From: Candidatus Harrisonbacteria bacterium CG10_big_fil_rev_8_21_14_0_10_40_38
GTDB taxonomy: Bacteria > Patescibacteriota > Minisyncoccia > UBA6257 > 1-14-0-10-40-38
Length of the DNA stretch: 64,000 bases
Reading direction: 5' to 3'
Assembly (NCBI GenBank): GCA_002773535.1
Contig: PFAZ01000002.1
Coordinates: 2,285 to 66,284 of the forward strand
This document shows, piece by piece, positions 1 to 10,128 of the stretch (its first letter is position 1; each line of letters starts with the position of its first letter). A model generated the notes under the pieces. It made no database searches and was not told the origin of the DNA. It was given only the letters and a program-made list of their open reading frames with translations. A program made the translations under genes and the position numbers.

Positions 1-1176
1 CTCAACTTTAGAACCGGTCTTCTCGCTCACCACAACACGATAAGGAATGCCTAGCAAGTCAGATGTAGCAAACTTTTCTCCTGCCCGAAGTTCTGTACGG
101 TCATCATATAGTACAGGAATAGCCGCTTTTTGCAAAGCATCATAAACCTTTTTACCTGCAGTAATTTTTTTATCGCGACTAACATCTATAACATGAACTT
201 TAAATGGAGCAACTGACTCAGGCCAAATTATTCCTTTGTCATCATGATAAACCTCCACAAGAGTTCCCATAACTCTAGTAGGCCCTATCCCATAAGAGCC
301 CATCACAACGGGAAGTCTCTCTCCTTTAGAATTGAGATATGTAAGCCCAAATGAATCTGAAAATCTTGTCCCGAGTCTAAATATATTTCCAACCTCAATC
401 GCTCTGGATTCAGAAATTTTTCCTGAACAATCAGCATGATGTTCTGGTTTATAAATTTCTTTATTTTGAGCAAAAGAACATTTATCACAGTGATAAACAA
501 TATCTTCCCCAACCGGATGAATAACCTGAAACTCGTGTGTGTATTCTTTTGTAAACGCGCCGCCACTTGCCTCAACCATCATAGCTTTCAACCCAAGACG
601 CTTAAAAGCCTTGCTATAAGCTTTTGCAACTTTAGCATAAAACTTATTCAAGTCTTCGCTGTCGACATGAAAGCTGTAAAGATCCTTCATTAAAAATTCT
701 CTCCCTCGGAGAAGACCTCCTTGTGCACGAACTTCAGCTCTAAACTTATTTTGAAACTGGTAAACCGCAGAAGGTAAATCTTTATAAGATTGTATATAGT
801 TTACAGCTATAGCCGCGATAACCTCTTCGTGAGTCCAACCCAAGCCATACTCAAAGTCATGCGCATTACTGCTTTTCCCTGTCTTATAGATAATATCCGT
901 GTCCCATCTTTTCGATTTTTCCCAATATTTTTTTTCGACAAGCGCAGGCATTAGCAACTCCTCTGCCCCTAAATCATTCATCTCTTCTCTTATTATCTGA
1001 ACTATATTATTTAGCACCCTAAGACCTAGAGGCAAAATTGAATAAACCCCAGCGGATGCCTTGGAAATAAAACCTCCTCGTATTAAATATTTTGCATTTG
1101 CCGTCTCCTCGCCTTCTGGAAACTGCCTTGCTGCATCTGTAAAAAGATTTGATTGAAGCATAAATCCTGCCGTCAT
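1..1176 (-). CDS. proS: Prolyl-tRNA synthetase, N-terminal ~390 aa; the gene continues past the window start
   Basis: Reverse-strand translation from ATG at 1174-1176 reads MTAGFMLQSNLF...REFLMKDLYSFH...GNIFRLGTRFS...GSYGIGPTR, the class II ProRS motifs. There is no stop before position 1, so it is missing from the ORF track. Confidence 0.85.
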   Translation of the reverse strand, partial: MTAGFMLQSNLFTDAARQFPEGEETANAKYLIRGGFISKASAGVYSILPLGLRVLNNIVQIIREEMNDLGAEELLMPALVEKKYWEKSKRWDTDIIYKTGKSSNAHDFEYGLGWTHEEVIAAIAVNYIQSYKDLPSAVYQFQNKFRAEVRAQGGLLRGREFLMKDLYSFHVDSEDLNKFYAKVAKAYSKAFKRLGLKAMMVEASGGAFTKEYTHEFQVIHPVGEDIVYHCDKCSFAQNKEIYKPEHHADCSGKISESRAIEVGNIFRLGTRFSDSFGLTYLNSKGERLPVVMGSYGIGPTRVMGTLVEVYHDDKGIIWPESVAPFKVHVIDVSRDKKITAGKKVYDALQKAAIPVLYDDRTELRAGEKFATSDLLGIPYRVVVSEKTGSKVE

Positions 1177-1260
1177 TGTAGCAGGATTTTATACAAATAA
1201 AAACTTTACGAGAAAACCAATACACATCCAATCCCCAAACTAAATTTATTCAATAAATCT

Positions 1261-2289
1261 CTACAACACCCTTATAACGTCTTTGATTGTGATAACAATC
1301 ATAAGAAGAAGTAAAAGTATGAACCCCAACGCATTAGCCCAAATTTCAAATTTCTGAGGCAATGGAGATCCTTTGATTTTCTCAAAAATTAGAAAAACCA
1401 ATCGCCCGCCATCCAGCGCAGGAAGAGGCAAGATATTAAGAGCAACAAGATTAAGCGAAATCAAACCAACTAATTGCAACAAATAAACAATTCCAAATTG
1501 GGCGCTTTGACTAGCAATTTGGAAAATACCAACTGGACCAACAAACTGATCAAGTCCGGCAGTTCCCGTAAATATTCCGGCAATAAGGCCAAACAATGCA
1601 GCGAATATTGATCCAAGAAGTTTTAATGAAGCTGTAAAACCTTGGCCAATAGCAGAAAAGAATGAATGCTTTGGAATTCCACCCTCTGCAAGCATTATTC
1701 CAAGAGATCCCTCTCCTTCCGGCGGATTGAGTCGTGGAGTAGTATTAATTTCGATTTTTTCCGATCCTCTTAAAACTTCGAATGCGACGGGATTTCCAGC
1801 AGAGCTTGAGACAAAATCAATAAATGACTGCGTAGTAGAAAACCCGACAATATGATCCCCGGGTTTTATACCGGCAGACTCGGCAGGAGTATTCGGAACA
1901 ACATTAGTCACCACAACCACTTCCGGTATGCCAACCATAAAGATCGAAGATATGATAATCCAGCCGACCAGAAAATTCATAATAACACCCGCAGTTACAA
2001 TCAAAGAGCGTTTCCAAACCGGAAGAAACCAGAAACTCCTCTTCTGAAGCTCCAACGATTCGGGATTTTCTTCATCTTTTTTCTCACCATGTATACGTAC
2101 AAATCCACCAAGTGGCAAAAGGTTGAAACTATAAACAGTTTCGCCTATTTTTTTTGAAAACAAACGAGGCGGAAAACCAAATCCAAACTCCTCAACCAAT
2201 AGACCTGATTTTTTCGCCGCTATAAAATGTCCAAATTCGTGAACGATAATAAGTCCCGAAAGACCTATGATAAAAAGTAATATTGTCAT
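1261..2289 (-). CDS. rseP: RseP-type site-2 zinc metalloprotease (HEFGH motif, PDZ-like region, LDGG)
   Basis: 342 aa: MTILLFIIGLSGLIIVHEFGHF..., multiple TM segments, C-terminal NILPLPALDGGR motif. Confidence 0.8.
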   Translation of the reverse strand: MTILLFIIGLSGLIIVHEFGHFIAAKKSGLLVEEFGFGFPPRLFSKKIGETVYSFNLLPLGGFVRIHGEKKDEENPESLELQKRSFWFLPVWKRSLIVTAGVIMNFLVGWIIISSIFMVGIPEVVVVTNVVPNTPAESAGIKPGDHIVGFSTTQSFIDFVSSSAGNPVAFEVLRGSEKIEINTTPRLNPPEGEGSLGIMLAEGGIPKHSFFSAIGQGFTASLKLLGSIFAALFGLIAGIFTGTAGLDQFVGPVGIFQIASQSAQFGIVYLLQLVGLISLNLVALNILPLPALDGGRLVFLIFEKIKGSPLPQKFEIWANALGFILLLLLMIVITIKDVIRVL

Positions 2290-2840
2290 GATTCATTTAT
2301 TTCAGAAATTTTTTTCTCTAAAAGAGAATCTATTTCCTCATTCGACTTTGTTATTAATTCCTGAACTTTATTTTTTAAAGAAAATTTCTGATCTTCTGTT
2401 ATAACTTTTTCAGATTCCTGTGAAGCAATATTTTTATTTGCATCATCCCTTATCATTCTAAGGTGGATTCTAACTTTCTCAGCAGTCGACTTTACAAACT
2501 TTCCAAGCTCCGTCCTTCGCTCGCTTGTAAGCGGAGGCATGCTTATACGAATCATATTACCATCAACCGAAGGCATTAGTCCCAAGGGAGAATTTTCGAT
2601 TGCATTCGAAACAGCTGAAACCATTGTTTTATCCCACACGGATATCTGTAAATCCCTAGGTGGTGAAACGCTAATAGACCCTAGCTGTTTTATCTTCATG
2701 GGCACCCCAGCGTAATCAACAACTATATCCTCAATTAATTGAGGAGAGGGTCGATTTGTTCTTATTCCGGAAAGTTCAAGCTTCCAGTCATCGATAACAG
2801 ACTTTGTTTCCTGTTCAAATTTTTTTACAACGTCATCCAT
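2286..2840 (-). CDS. frr: Ribosome recycling factor
   Basis: 184 aa with the RRF pattern ...GIRTNRPSPQLIEDIVVDYAG...MIRISMPPLTSERR... Confidence 0.9.
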   Translation of the reverse strand: MDDVVKKFEQETKSVIDDWKLELSGIRTNRPSPQLIEDIVVDYAGVPMKIKQLGSISVSPPRDLQISVWDKTMVSAVSNAIENSPLGLMPSVDGNMIRISMPPLTSERRTELGKFVKSTAEKVRIHLRMIRDDANKNIASQESEKVITEDQKFSLKNKVQELITKSNEEIDSLLEKKISEINES

Positions 2841-2960
2841 ATTTCCTTTATCTTCAAACTATACATTAATCATTATTGCCTGCAAACAAGTGGCAAAAAA
2901 TACAAAAGTAGACCAAAAAAAACGACAAATAAAATAAGACCAAATGCCTTTTCCATAAAT

Positions 2961-3680
2961 TTATTGAAGTTTACTGAGTAAAGCCGCTTCTAACTGAAGC
3001 CGACGATTTGTATTAAAGCGATTGATAAATCCTATCCTCCTTGCAAGCTCCTTCAAAATAGGAGCATTGTGAATAATATCACGCCTAAGCATCAAAACAA
3101 CTCCGTATACAAAATCTGAAAAATCCGGCTCACCCGCCTCAACTATGGACTTTAACAGTTCTGTTTTTTCTTTTGTGACTGAAAGCTTAAAAAAATTTTT
3201 CACATTATTGCGCACACTTTCTGGTAAATCATCAAAATCAAGATACACATCACCAAAATAAAGTTTTTGAAATCGTGAAACCAAGGGCCCTATAAGAGAT
3301 TCTGGATCTGGCACAGAAAGAAAAATTAGTCCATGTGGAGGTGGCTCTTCTGAAATTTTCAAAATCGCCTGCTGTGCCTCAAGAGTCAAATTATCGGCAG
3401 ATGAAACAAAAAGAGTTCTCTTTAAAGACTTAACTGGTTTCTTCCACAAAAAAGAAATGGCTTCTTTCATACTATCTATCCCGCCTGATTTTTTGGCATC
3501 AATAAATTTCGCATCTAAAAAAAACTCACCATCGCTGCCACCCTCTAAAGCAAGGCAAAGCCAATTTATAAAATCTTCGTGAGATTTTTTAGCTCTCCCA
3601 AAAAGAATATACGCATGATGAAGCCGATCATTTTTCAAAAGACGTTCAAAATCTTTTTTAAATCGAATCTCTGCTGCCAT
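2961..3680 (-). CDS. DNA polymerase III delta-prime-like subunit, degenerate (no Walker A)
   Basis: 239 aa; LHHAYILFGRAKK resembles the delta/delta-prime HAYLF motif; no GxxGxGK P-loop is visible. Confidence 0.4.
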   Translation of the reverse strand: MAAEIRFKKDFERLLKNDRLHHAYILFGRAKKSHEDFINWLCLALEGGSDGEFFLDAKFIDAKKSGGIDSMKEAISFLWKKPVKSLKRTLFVSSADNLTLEAQQAILKISEEPPPHGLIFLSVPDPESLIGPLVSRFQKLYFGDVYLDFDDLPESVRNNVKNFFKLSVTKEKTELLKSIVEAGEPDFSDFVYGVVLMLRRDIIHNAPILKELARRIGFINRFNTNRRLQLEAALLSKLQ

Positions 3681-4688
3681 TTATCTCTTATTAAGAAGTG
3701 TTTTCTTATAAATATCTAAGTGAGTAAGTATAAGTCCTGCGCCTTTTGCGACACAAAAAAGAGGTTCTTCAGCAAGATAAGTCGGCACACCAGTCATTCT
3801 TCTAAAAAATTCATCAAGATATTGTATTTGCGCACCGCCTCCGGAAAGAACAATTCCCTTCTCCATGATATCAGCAACAAGTTCAGGAGGTGTTCCATTA
3901 AATACATTCTGCACCGAAGCCGCAATATCCATAATGTGAGGAGTTAACGCTTCGGCTATTTCGTTTGAATGCAAAGTTATATCCTTTGGCAAACCCGAAA
4001 CTAAATCTCTACCCCGTACTGTGTGTTGCTTCTGATCTTTTGCAGACAACGCCGCCCCAATATGAATCTTTACAGATTCGGCAGTCTGCTCACCAATAGA
4101 TAGTGCATACTTTTTCTTGGTGTAATCCATAATTGCCTGATCAAATTTATTCCCTGCAACCCTAAGACTTGCCCAAGAAACAATTCCACCCAAAGAAACC
4201 ACGGCAACCTCAGAAGTTCCTCCGCCAATATTAATAATCATATTACCGGCATAGGCATTTATCGGAATTCCTGCTCCAAGTGCTGCAAGTATCGGCTCTT
4301 TGACAACATATGCTTCTTTTGCGCCAGCCTCTTTTGCCGCATTTATTACAGCACGTCTCTCAGTTTGTGTTATTCCGGCAGGAACAGAAATAGCAATCTC
4401 TGGACGTAAAATATTTAAAGGTCCAATTGCCCTAGATATAAAATATTTAAGCATCGCCTTTGTGATGTAGTAATCAGCTATAACCCCCTCCTTGAGAGGT
4501 TTGTACGCAACAATGCTCTCGGGCGTTCTGCCAATCATCTCTTTTGCCTCGCGACCAACCGCCAAAACTGCATTTTCAGGAACGCTGAGCGCCACAATGG
4601 TCGGCTCGTTTATCACAAAACCTTTCCCTGGAACAAAAACTATAGTATTAGCTGTTCCAAGGTCAATGCCAATTTTTCTAGTAAACAT
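3681..4688 (-). CDS. mreB: Rod shape-determining actin homolog MreB
   Basis: 335 aa: IGIDLGTANT..., ...NIGGGTSEVAV..., LSGGGA; actin-fold phosphate motifs are present. Confidence 0.9.
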   Translation of the reverse strand: MFTRKIGIDLGTANTIVFVPGKGFVINEPTIVALSVPENAVLAVGREAKEMIGRTPESIVAYKPLKEGVIADYYITKAMLKYFISRAIGPLNILRPEIAISVPAGITQTERRAVINAAKEAGAKEAYVVKEPILAALGAGIPINAYAGNMIINIGGGTSEVAVVSLGGIVSWASLRVAGNKFDQAIMDYTKKKYALSIGEQTAESVKIHIGAALSAKDQKQHTVRGRDLVSGLPKDITLHSNEIAEALTPHIMDIAASVQNVFNGTPPELVADIMEKGIVLSGGGAQIQYLDEFFRRMTGVPTYLAEEPLFCVAKGAGLILTHLDIYKKTLLNKR

Positions 4689-4779
4689 AGTAAAAATCTA
4701 AACCACCATAAATGTGGCTAAAAATAAAAAATTAGAAAGCGTCCAAACCTATGAACGCTTCGTATATTACTACGAAAAA

Positions 4780-6084
4780 CTACTTTTCCGCAACACGAGT
4801 AATATCAGCCCCAAGCTGATGTAGTCTTAAATCAATTGATTCATATCCCCTATCTATCTCCTCAACACCATCAATCACCGAATCACCTTTAGCAATTAAA
4901 GCCGCAATAATATTAACCATGCCAGCTCTCAAATCCCTAACCGTAACGTTTGTACCAGAAAGTGGCGTATATCCACGAACCGTCGCCACATGCCTAAATC
5001 CTTTACCGGAATACCTACAAGACTCCTGTGGTGGACAAATATCACTGACTGAGATATCTGCACCCATTGCATTCAGATCACTCGTATAACCAAGTCGATC
5101 TTCATACACGGTTTCATGAATTATCGAAGTCCCATCAACTTGTGTTAAAAGAACCATAAGAGGTTGCTGCCAATCAGTCATAAACCCAGGATGAAAAACT
5201 GTTTGCACGTGTATAGGTAGAAGTTTTTCAGCTCCGGAAAAAACTATTCCGTCAGACAAAACTTCATATTCCGCGCCAAGCTTTCTTACTGTATTTAAAA
5301 AAGTTATCAAATGATCCTGAATTGCTCCCTTTACTAAAACCTTTCCTCCAGTCGCAATAGCAAGACACGCAAAAGAAACCGCTTCATTTCTGTCAGGAAG
5401 AATTCTATGAGTCACTCCTTTCAATTTTTTAACTCCCTCGATATGAAAATCACGTTTTGCACCAAGCTCAATAATGGCACCCATTTTTTGCAACATTTTC
5501 ACAAGATCCATGATTTCCGGCTCGAGTGCTGCGTTATATATTGTCGTTTTACCTTTAGCTAAAACCCCACTCAATATCGCATTTTCAGTCGCCCCAACAC
5601 TTGGAAAATCAAGTTCGATTTTTGTCCCAATAAGACCATTCGGAGCTTTTGCCCTGTAGCTCTCCCCAGTAACAGAAACCTCCACACCCAACAACTCCAA
5701 AACTTTTACATGTTGATCAACTGGCCTAGATCCAATCTTGTCCCCACCCAAGACCGGAACTTCAGCCTCACCAGCTCTTGCCAGAAGCGGACCCAAAGCT
5801 AAAATAGGAATCCTATTTCGCCTAGTTCTTGCCTGCTCAATCTTGCTAGTTATTATCTTTGGAGTATGAATCGAAAGTCTTGATCCAAATAAATCAATTT
5901 TGCTCCCGATTGCCTTACATAAATCAGCAGTTATTTCAGTATCACCAATACGTGGAAAATTCTCCAAAAAGCACTCCTCATCAGTCAGAAGAGACGCAAT
6001 CATCATTTTTGTAGCAGCATTTTTCGCCCCAGAGAGAGTAACTTCTCCCTCGAGTTTGCATCCACCTTTTACAATAAACTTCAT
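4780..6084 (-). CDS. murA: UDP-N-acetylglucosamine 1-carboxyvinyltransferase
   Basis: 434 aa: MKFIVKGG..LEGEVTLSGAKNAA...; full-length MurA/EPSP-synthase fold. Confidence 0.9.
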   Translation of the reverse strand: MKFIVKGGCKLEGEVTLSGAKNAATKMMIASLLTDEECFLENFPRIGDTEITADLCKAIGSKIDLFGSRLSIHTPKIITSKIEQARTRRNRIPILALGPLLARAGEAEVPVLGGDKIGSRPVDQHVKVLELLGVEVSVTGESYRAKAPNGLIGTKIELDFPSVGATENAILSGVLAKGKTTIYNAALEPEIMDLVKMLQKMGAIIELGAKRDFHIEGVKKLKGVTHRILPDRNEAVSFACLAIATGGKVLVKGAIQDHLITFLNTVRKLGAEYEVLSDGIVFSGAEKLLPIHVQTVFHPGFMTDWQQPLMVLLTQVDGTSIIHETVYEDRLGYTSDLNAMGADISVSDICPPQESCRYSGKGFRHVATVRGYTPLSGTNVTVRDLRAGMVNIIAALIAKGDSVIDGVEEIDRGYESIDLRLHQLGADITRVAEK

Positions 6085-6128
6085 AATTCAAATGAACTCT
6101 ATCAAAAAGGCAAAAGAATATCAAAAAT

Positions 6129-6548
6129 CTATTTTTTTGAAGAAAAAATAAAAAGAAGTGATGCCGTCATTCCTCCAACAATATCCGAAAACAAATCACC
6201 CATTGTATCAGCCACTCCTAACTGCGCCTGACGAACTGTTCCCGAACCACCAAAAAACTGATCAAATATAAATTCAAAAAATTCCCACCCAACACTAATA
6301 AGCAAAACAAAACCTATAGAAAATATAAGCGCAGGCAAAAAATTACCTCTAATCGGAAATAACTCTCCACGTGTAAAAAAAATATAGAAAAACAGGAGCG
6401 CAACCCACGCACCGCCTATAAAATGATAAACATTATCTACACCGTCAAAATCCCAATACCAATTAAGATAGATTGCTGTAACGTGCAGAACAAAAATCAA
6501 CGCCAAAAGAGCAAGCAAAAGCAACGGTGAGGAAAGAACACGAAACAT
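6129..6548 (-). CDS. Hypothetical integral membrane protein
   Basis: 139 aa with 4 predicted TM helices; no recognised motif. Confidence 0.35.
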   Translation of the reverse strand: MFRVLSSPLLLLALLALIFVLHVTAIYLNWYWDFDGVDNVYHFIGGAWVALLFFYIFFTRGELFPIRGNFLPALIFSIGFVLLISVGWEFFEFIFDQFFGGSGTVRQAQLGVADTMGDLFSDIVGGMTASLLFIFSSKK

Positions 6549-6555
6549 ATAATTT

Positions 6556-6966
6556 TTAACGCTTTTTCCACTGTGGAGCGCGGCGAGCTTTCTTTAAGCC
6601 ATATTTCTTACGCTCAACAACTCTTGGATCCCTCGTAACAAAACCCGCTTGCCTAAGCTGTTTTTTAAATCCAGAATCAAGTTTTACTAAAGCTTTTGCC
6701 AAAGCATTTCTAATAGCATCTGCTTGAGCATTTATTCCGCCACCAACAACATGCACCGTAGCACTCAAACGACTCTTCGCATCAATAAGATCAAGAGGAG
6801 AACCAACAACTATTCTATTACGAGATGATTGAAAATACTCTTCAAAAGGTTTTTCGTTAACCGTTATTCCACTCCCAGACTGAAAAACACGGACACGCGC
6901 CTTAGCGGTTTTCCGCCCCCCTTTTGCTTCGATATAGCGATCTTTTTGTTCCAAATCTGATTTCAT
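6556..6966 (-). CDS. rpsI: 30S ribosomal protein S9
   Basis: C-terminal ...KKYGLKKARRAPQWKKR is the S9 signature. Confidence 0.9.
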   Translation of the reverse strand: MKSDLEQKDRYIEAKGGRKTAKARVRVFQSGSGITVNEKPFEEYFQSSRNRIVVGSPLDLIDAKSRLSATVHVVGGGINAQADAIRNALAKALVKLDSGFKKQLRQAGFVTRDPRVVERKKYGLKKARRAPQWKKR

Positions 6967-6979
6967 AAATGTTTGAAGA

Positions 6980-7321
6980 TTATAGCTTTATAGTAAGTCT
7001 CTGTAAACGCCCGTTTCTAAGTCTATTTTTTGGAAGCATATTATACACCGCATCTCTAAGCACTCTATCAGGATTCTCTTCAAAAACCTGTTTATAGGTT
7101 TTTTCCTTAAGGTGACCCATATATCCAGTGTGTTTGTAATATGTTTTTTGAGTATATTTATTACCCGTTACTAAAATCTTAGAAACGTGAGTAACCACAA
7201 CTCTTTCAGTTCCGGGAAGTCTAGGATTGTACTTGGGGGAATTTTTTCCCTGAAGAACGACTGCGATATGACTCGCAAGTCTTCCAAGTGGCTGATTTGT
7301 AGCATCAATTACATGTTCCAT
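6980..7321 (-). CDS. rplM: 50S ribosomal protein L13
   Basis: 113 aa: MEHVIDATNQPLGRLASHIAVVLQGK... Confidence 0.9.
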   Translation of the reverse strand: MEHVIDATNQPLGRLASHIAVVLQGKNSPKYNPRLPGTERVVVTHVSKILVTGNKYTQKTYYKHTGYMGHLKEKTYKQVFEENPDRVLRDAVYNMLPKNRLRNGRLQRLTIKL

Positions 7322-7328
7322 GGTGAAA

Positions 7329-7664
7329 TTATTTTACAAACTCAATAACTGCTTTAGGCGCTCCGTCCCTTTTTCTAACTGAAGCCTGTTTTATTATGCG
7401 AAGATAACCACCAGCACGACCCTTGTATCTAAGAGCGATGTCATAAAAAAGTTTATGAGCAGATTTTTCCGGCAAAGATGAAAGAAGTTGTCTATGACTC
7501 GCAAGGCTTTGTTTCTTAGCAATAGTAACAAAGCGCTCCACTACAGGACGTATTTCCTTTGCTCTAGCCTGAGTTGTCATTATTCTTTCACTAACTATCA
7601 GGTTATTTGCGAGCTTTTGTATAAACAGCTTCCTCGGGCCGCGTTTTAGATTAAACTTTCTCAT
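7329..7664 (-). CDS. rplQ: 50S ribosomal protein L17
   Basis: 111 aa: MRKFNLKRGPRKLF... Confidence 0.9.
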   Translation of the reverse strand: MRKFNLKRGPRKLFIQKLANNLIVSERIMTTQARAKEIRPVVERFVTIAKKQSLASHRQLLSSLPEKSAHKLFYDIALRYKGRAGGYLRIIKQASVRKRDGAPKAVIEFVK

Positions 7665-7667
7665 AAA

Positions 7668-8462
7668 TTACTTCTTTGATTTTGTAGATTTCTTTTTCGG
7701 AGCCAAAGACTCATCAGAATCCTTCTCTTTTTTACTCGAAGAAGATTTTACAGACGGCTTCGCTTCCTTTACTTCAACTTCACTTAGCTTAATAAAATGA
7801 TCCTGTAAAATTTTTGTTGACTGATGAAGCGCCTGTGAAGGACTAATACTTCCACTTGTCTCAACCGTTATCCTCAAACGATCATAGTCCGTTCTATCGC
7901 CAACACGCATATTTTCAACATGAGTATGAACCTTTATCACCGGAGAAAAAATCGCATCAAGAGCAATAACACCAATAGGCAACTTCTCTGATCTCCTAAC
8001 CTCAGCAGGAACATATCCAAGACCCTGTTCAACGGTTATTTCCATATCAAACTCAGCACCCTTTTCCGTAACTGTCGCAATATGATGATCAGGGGTAATC
8101 ACTTCAACACTAGGATTAACATCTATGTCTGAAGCCAAAACCTCTCCCTCGCCCTTTTTCCTTATAGAAAGAACCTGTGGCTCATTAGTATTTAATCTAA
8201 ATCTAATTCTTTTTAAGTTAAGCATTATCTCAACCATATCTTCAATCACACCAGGAACAGCAGTAAATTCATGACTGGCGCCTTTTAACTTTACCTGCGT
8301 AATAGCAGCACCCGGAAGAGAGGAGAGTAAAACTCTTCTAAGAGCATTACCGACTGTAGCCCCATATCCCGTATAAAGACCCTCAATCTCAAAAACGCCC
8401 TCTTTTTCATTTTCTGAGACCGTTCTTATTGAAACTGTTTCACTAAGTAGATCGTATTGCAT
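7668..8462 (-). CDS. rpoA: DNA-directed RNA polymerase alpha subunit, N-terminal domain only (no alpha-CTD)
   Basis: 264 aa; a recognisable alpha-NTD, then a Lys/Ser-rich tail ...KPSVKSSSSKKEKDSDESLAPKKKSTKSKK in place of the ~80-aa helix-hairpin-helix CTD. Confidence 0.9.
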   Translation of the reverse strand: MQYDLLSETVSIRTVSENEKEGVFEIEGLYTGYGATVGNALRRVLLSSLPGAAITQVKLKGASHEFTAVPGVIEDMVEIMLNLKRIRFRLNTNEPQVLSIRKKGEGEVLASDIDVNPSVEVITPDHHIATVTEKGAEFDMEITVEQGLGYVPAEVRRSEKLPIGVIALDAIFSPVIKVHTHVENMRVGDRTDYDRLRITVETSGSISPSQALHQSTKILQDHFIKLSEVEVKEAKPSVKSSSSKKEKDSDESLAPKKKSTKSKK

Positions 8463-8480
8463 AAAAAATAAATATATAAA

Positions 8481-9101
8481 TTACTTTACGTATTTTGAAT
8501 AGTAGTCGACGACCTTACTCACATCAAAGATGGCATCAAAATCCTTTGGAAATTCAAGAACTTTTCCTTCAAGCTTTTCCGATGACAGCGAAAGCCATAC
8601 CGATGGATCATATTTTGCCAAGCTCGAAGCTAATTCTACAAATGGTTTAAGTGACTTTGATTGCTCTCTAATGGATATAGTATCTCCTACTTTAACACGG
8701 TAAGAAGGAATGTCAACCTTACGGCCGTTAACGAGAATATGACCATGAGAAGCGTACTGCCTACCCATAGATCTAGAAGGAGCAAATCCAAGACGATATA
8801 CCACATTATCAAGCCTACGCTCTAAAAGCGACATAAATTCATCACCAGTAACTGAAGGGTTTTTAAGAGCCTCAACAAAGAGTTTTCGCACCGTTCTTTC
8901 CTTAAGGCCATAAGACCACTGGAATTTTTGCTTTTCCTGAAGTTGTTGCCCAAAATCAGAAAGTCTACGTCTCATGTTCCCATGAACACCAGGTCTTGTT
9001 GGACGCCTTATATGCGCACATTTCTGAGAAGCACACCTATGAGGCTTCAATCCAAGCTTAATGCCTAACGCTCTTTCTCTTTTTTCTCTGGTATTGAACA
9101 T
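8481..9101 (-). CDS. rpsD: 30S ribosomal protein S4
   Basis: 206 aa; Cys cluster at the N-terminus; S4 domain. Confidence 0.9.
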   Translation of the reverse strand: MFNTREKRERALGIKLGLKPHRCASQKCAHIRRPTRPGVHGNMRRRLSDFGQQLQEKQKFQWSYGLKERTVRKLFVEALKNPSVTGDEFMSLLERRLDNVVYRLGFAPSRSMGRQYASHGHILVNGRKVDIPSYRVKVGDTISIREQSKSLKPFVELASSLAKYDPSVWLSLSSEKLEGKVLEFPKDFDAIFDVSKVVDYYSKYVK

Positions 9102-9106
9102 ATTAT

Positions 9107-9559
9107 TTAAACACGCCTAACTTTTTTTGGCCTCGGACCATTGTGAGGAATCGGCGTCACATCCTTAATCGAATTAAAGGTAAAACCTCTATTCGCAAGA
9201 CTTCTCAAAGCAGAATCTCTACCACCACCAATTCCACTTACGAAAACATCAACATCAAAAGGTCCAGACTTCTGAATTTTCTCATAAAGTGCGGCGACGA
9301 CCTTCGCCGCAGCAAAAGGGGTTGCCTTCTTTGGCCCAGAAAAACCAAGTGATCCAGCGGAACTCCACGCAACAACGTTTCCTTTTTCATCAGTTATTGT
9401 TATGAGAGTATTGTTATAAGAAACAGTAATATAAACCCTTCCTGAGGCAAATTTTTTGCTAACTGATTTTCCCGCAACCTTCGAATAAGCCTCCTCTAAT
9501 TGAGCCTTTTCTTTAAGCGCATCCTCGGTAGTTTGTTTTGCTATTTTTTTCTTTCCCAT
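9107..9559 (-). CDS. rpsK: 30S ribosomal protein S11
   Basis: 150 aa; ...RVYITVSYNNTLITITD...GFTFNSIKDVTPIPHNGPRPKK. Confidence 0.9.
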   Translation of the reverse strand: MGKKKIAKQTTEDALKEKAQLEEAYSKVAGKSVSKKFASGRVYITVSYNNTLITITDEKGNVVAWSSAGSLGFSGPKKATPFAAAKVVAALYEKIQKSGPFDVDVFVSGIGGGRDSALRSLANRGFTFNSIKDVTPIPHNGPRPKKVRRV

Positions 9560-9610
9560 AAAACTTGAAAATTTTTACCCTGAGCTAAGTCAAAAGATTA
9601 TACATTAATT

Positions 9611-9994
9611 TTACTTAAGCTCTATCTTTCTCTTTCCGCTTCCAGCAGTCTTCCTTACATTACCCCTAACAGTTCTGGAATTCGTTTTTGTTCTCTGGCC
9701 TCTAACTGGAAGATGTCTCATGTGTCTAACACCCCTATAGGCTTGAAGATCTTTAAGTAAAGCGATATTTTGTTTTATTTGTTGCCTAAGCTCACCTTCA
9801 ACTTTATAATGTTTATCAATAGATGTCTGAATCTTTCCTACCTCATCAGACGTTAAATCTTTCGCACGTTTTTTAGGATCAATTCCTGTTTCGGACATTA
9901 TTATTGCAGCCGTAGAAGGACCCACGCCATAAATATACGTGAGCGCAACCTCAACTAATTTTTCATCTGGTATATTTACACCTACAATACGCAT
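9611..9994 (-). CDS. rpsM: 30S ribosomal protein S13
   Basis: 127 aa: MRIVGVNIPDEK... Confidence 0.9.
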   Translation of the reverse strand: MRIVGVNIPDEKLVEVALTYIYGVGPSTAAIIMSETGIDPKKRAKDLTSDEVGKIQTSIDKHYKVEGELRQQIKQNIALLKDLQAYRGVRHMRHLPVRGQRTKTNSRTVRGNVRKTAGSGKRKIELK

Positions 9995-10009
9995 AATAAT
10001 TTATATTAC

Positions 10010-10123
10010 TTAACCCTGTCTTTGCTTGTGTTTTGGGTTTACACAAACAACATGCACTCGTTTTCCACGGCGCACAACCTTACACTTCATACACATTTTT
10101 TTTACCGACGAACGAACCTTCAT
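10010..10123 (-). CDS. rpmJ: 50S ribosomal protein L36
   Basis: Found by hand; 37 aa is below the ORF-track cutoff. It reads [37 protein letters not shown], the L36 zinc-ribbon signature, and lies between rpsM and infA as expected. Confidence 0.85.
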   Translation of the reverse strand: MKVRSSVKKMCMKCKVVRRGKRVHVVCVNPKHKQRQG

Positions 10124-10128
10124 ATTAT

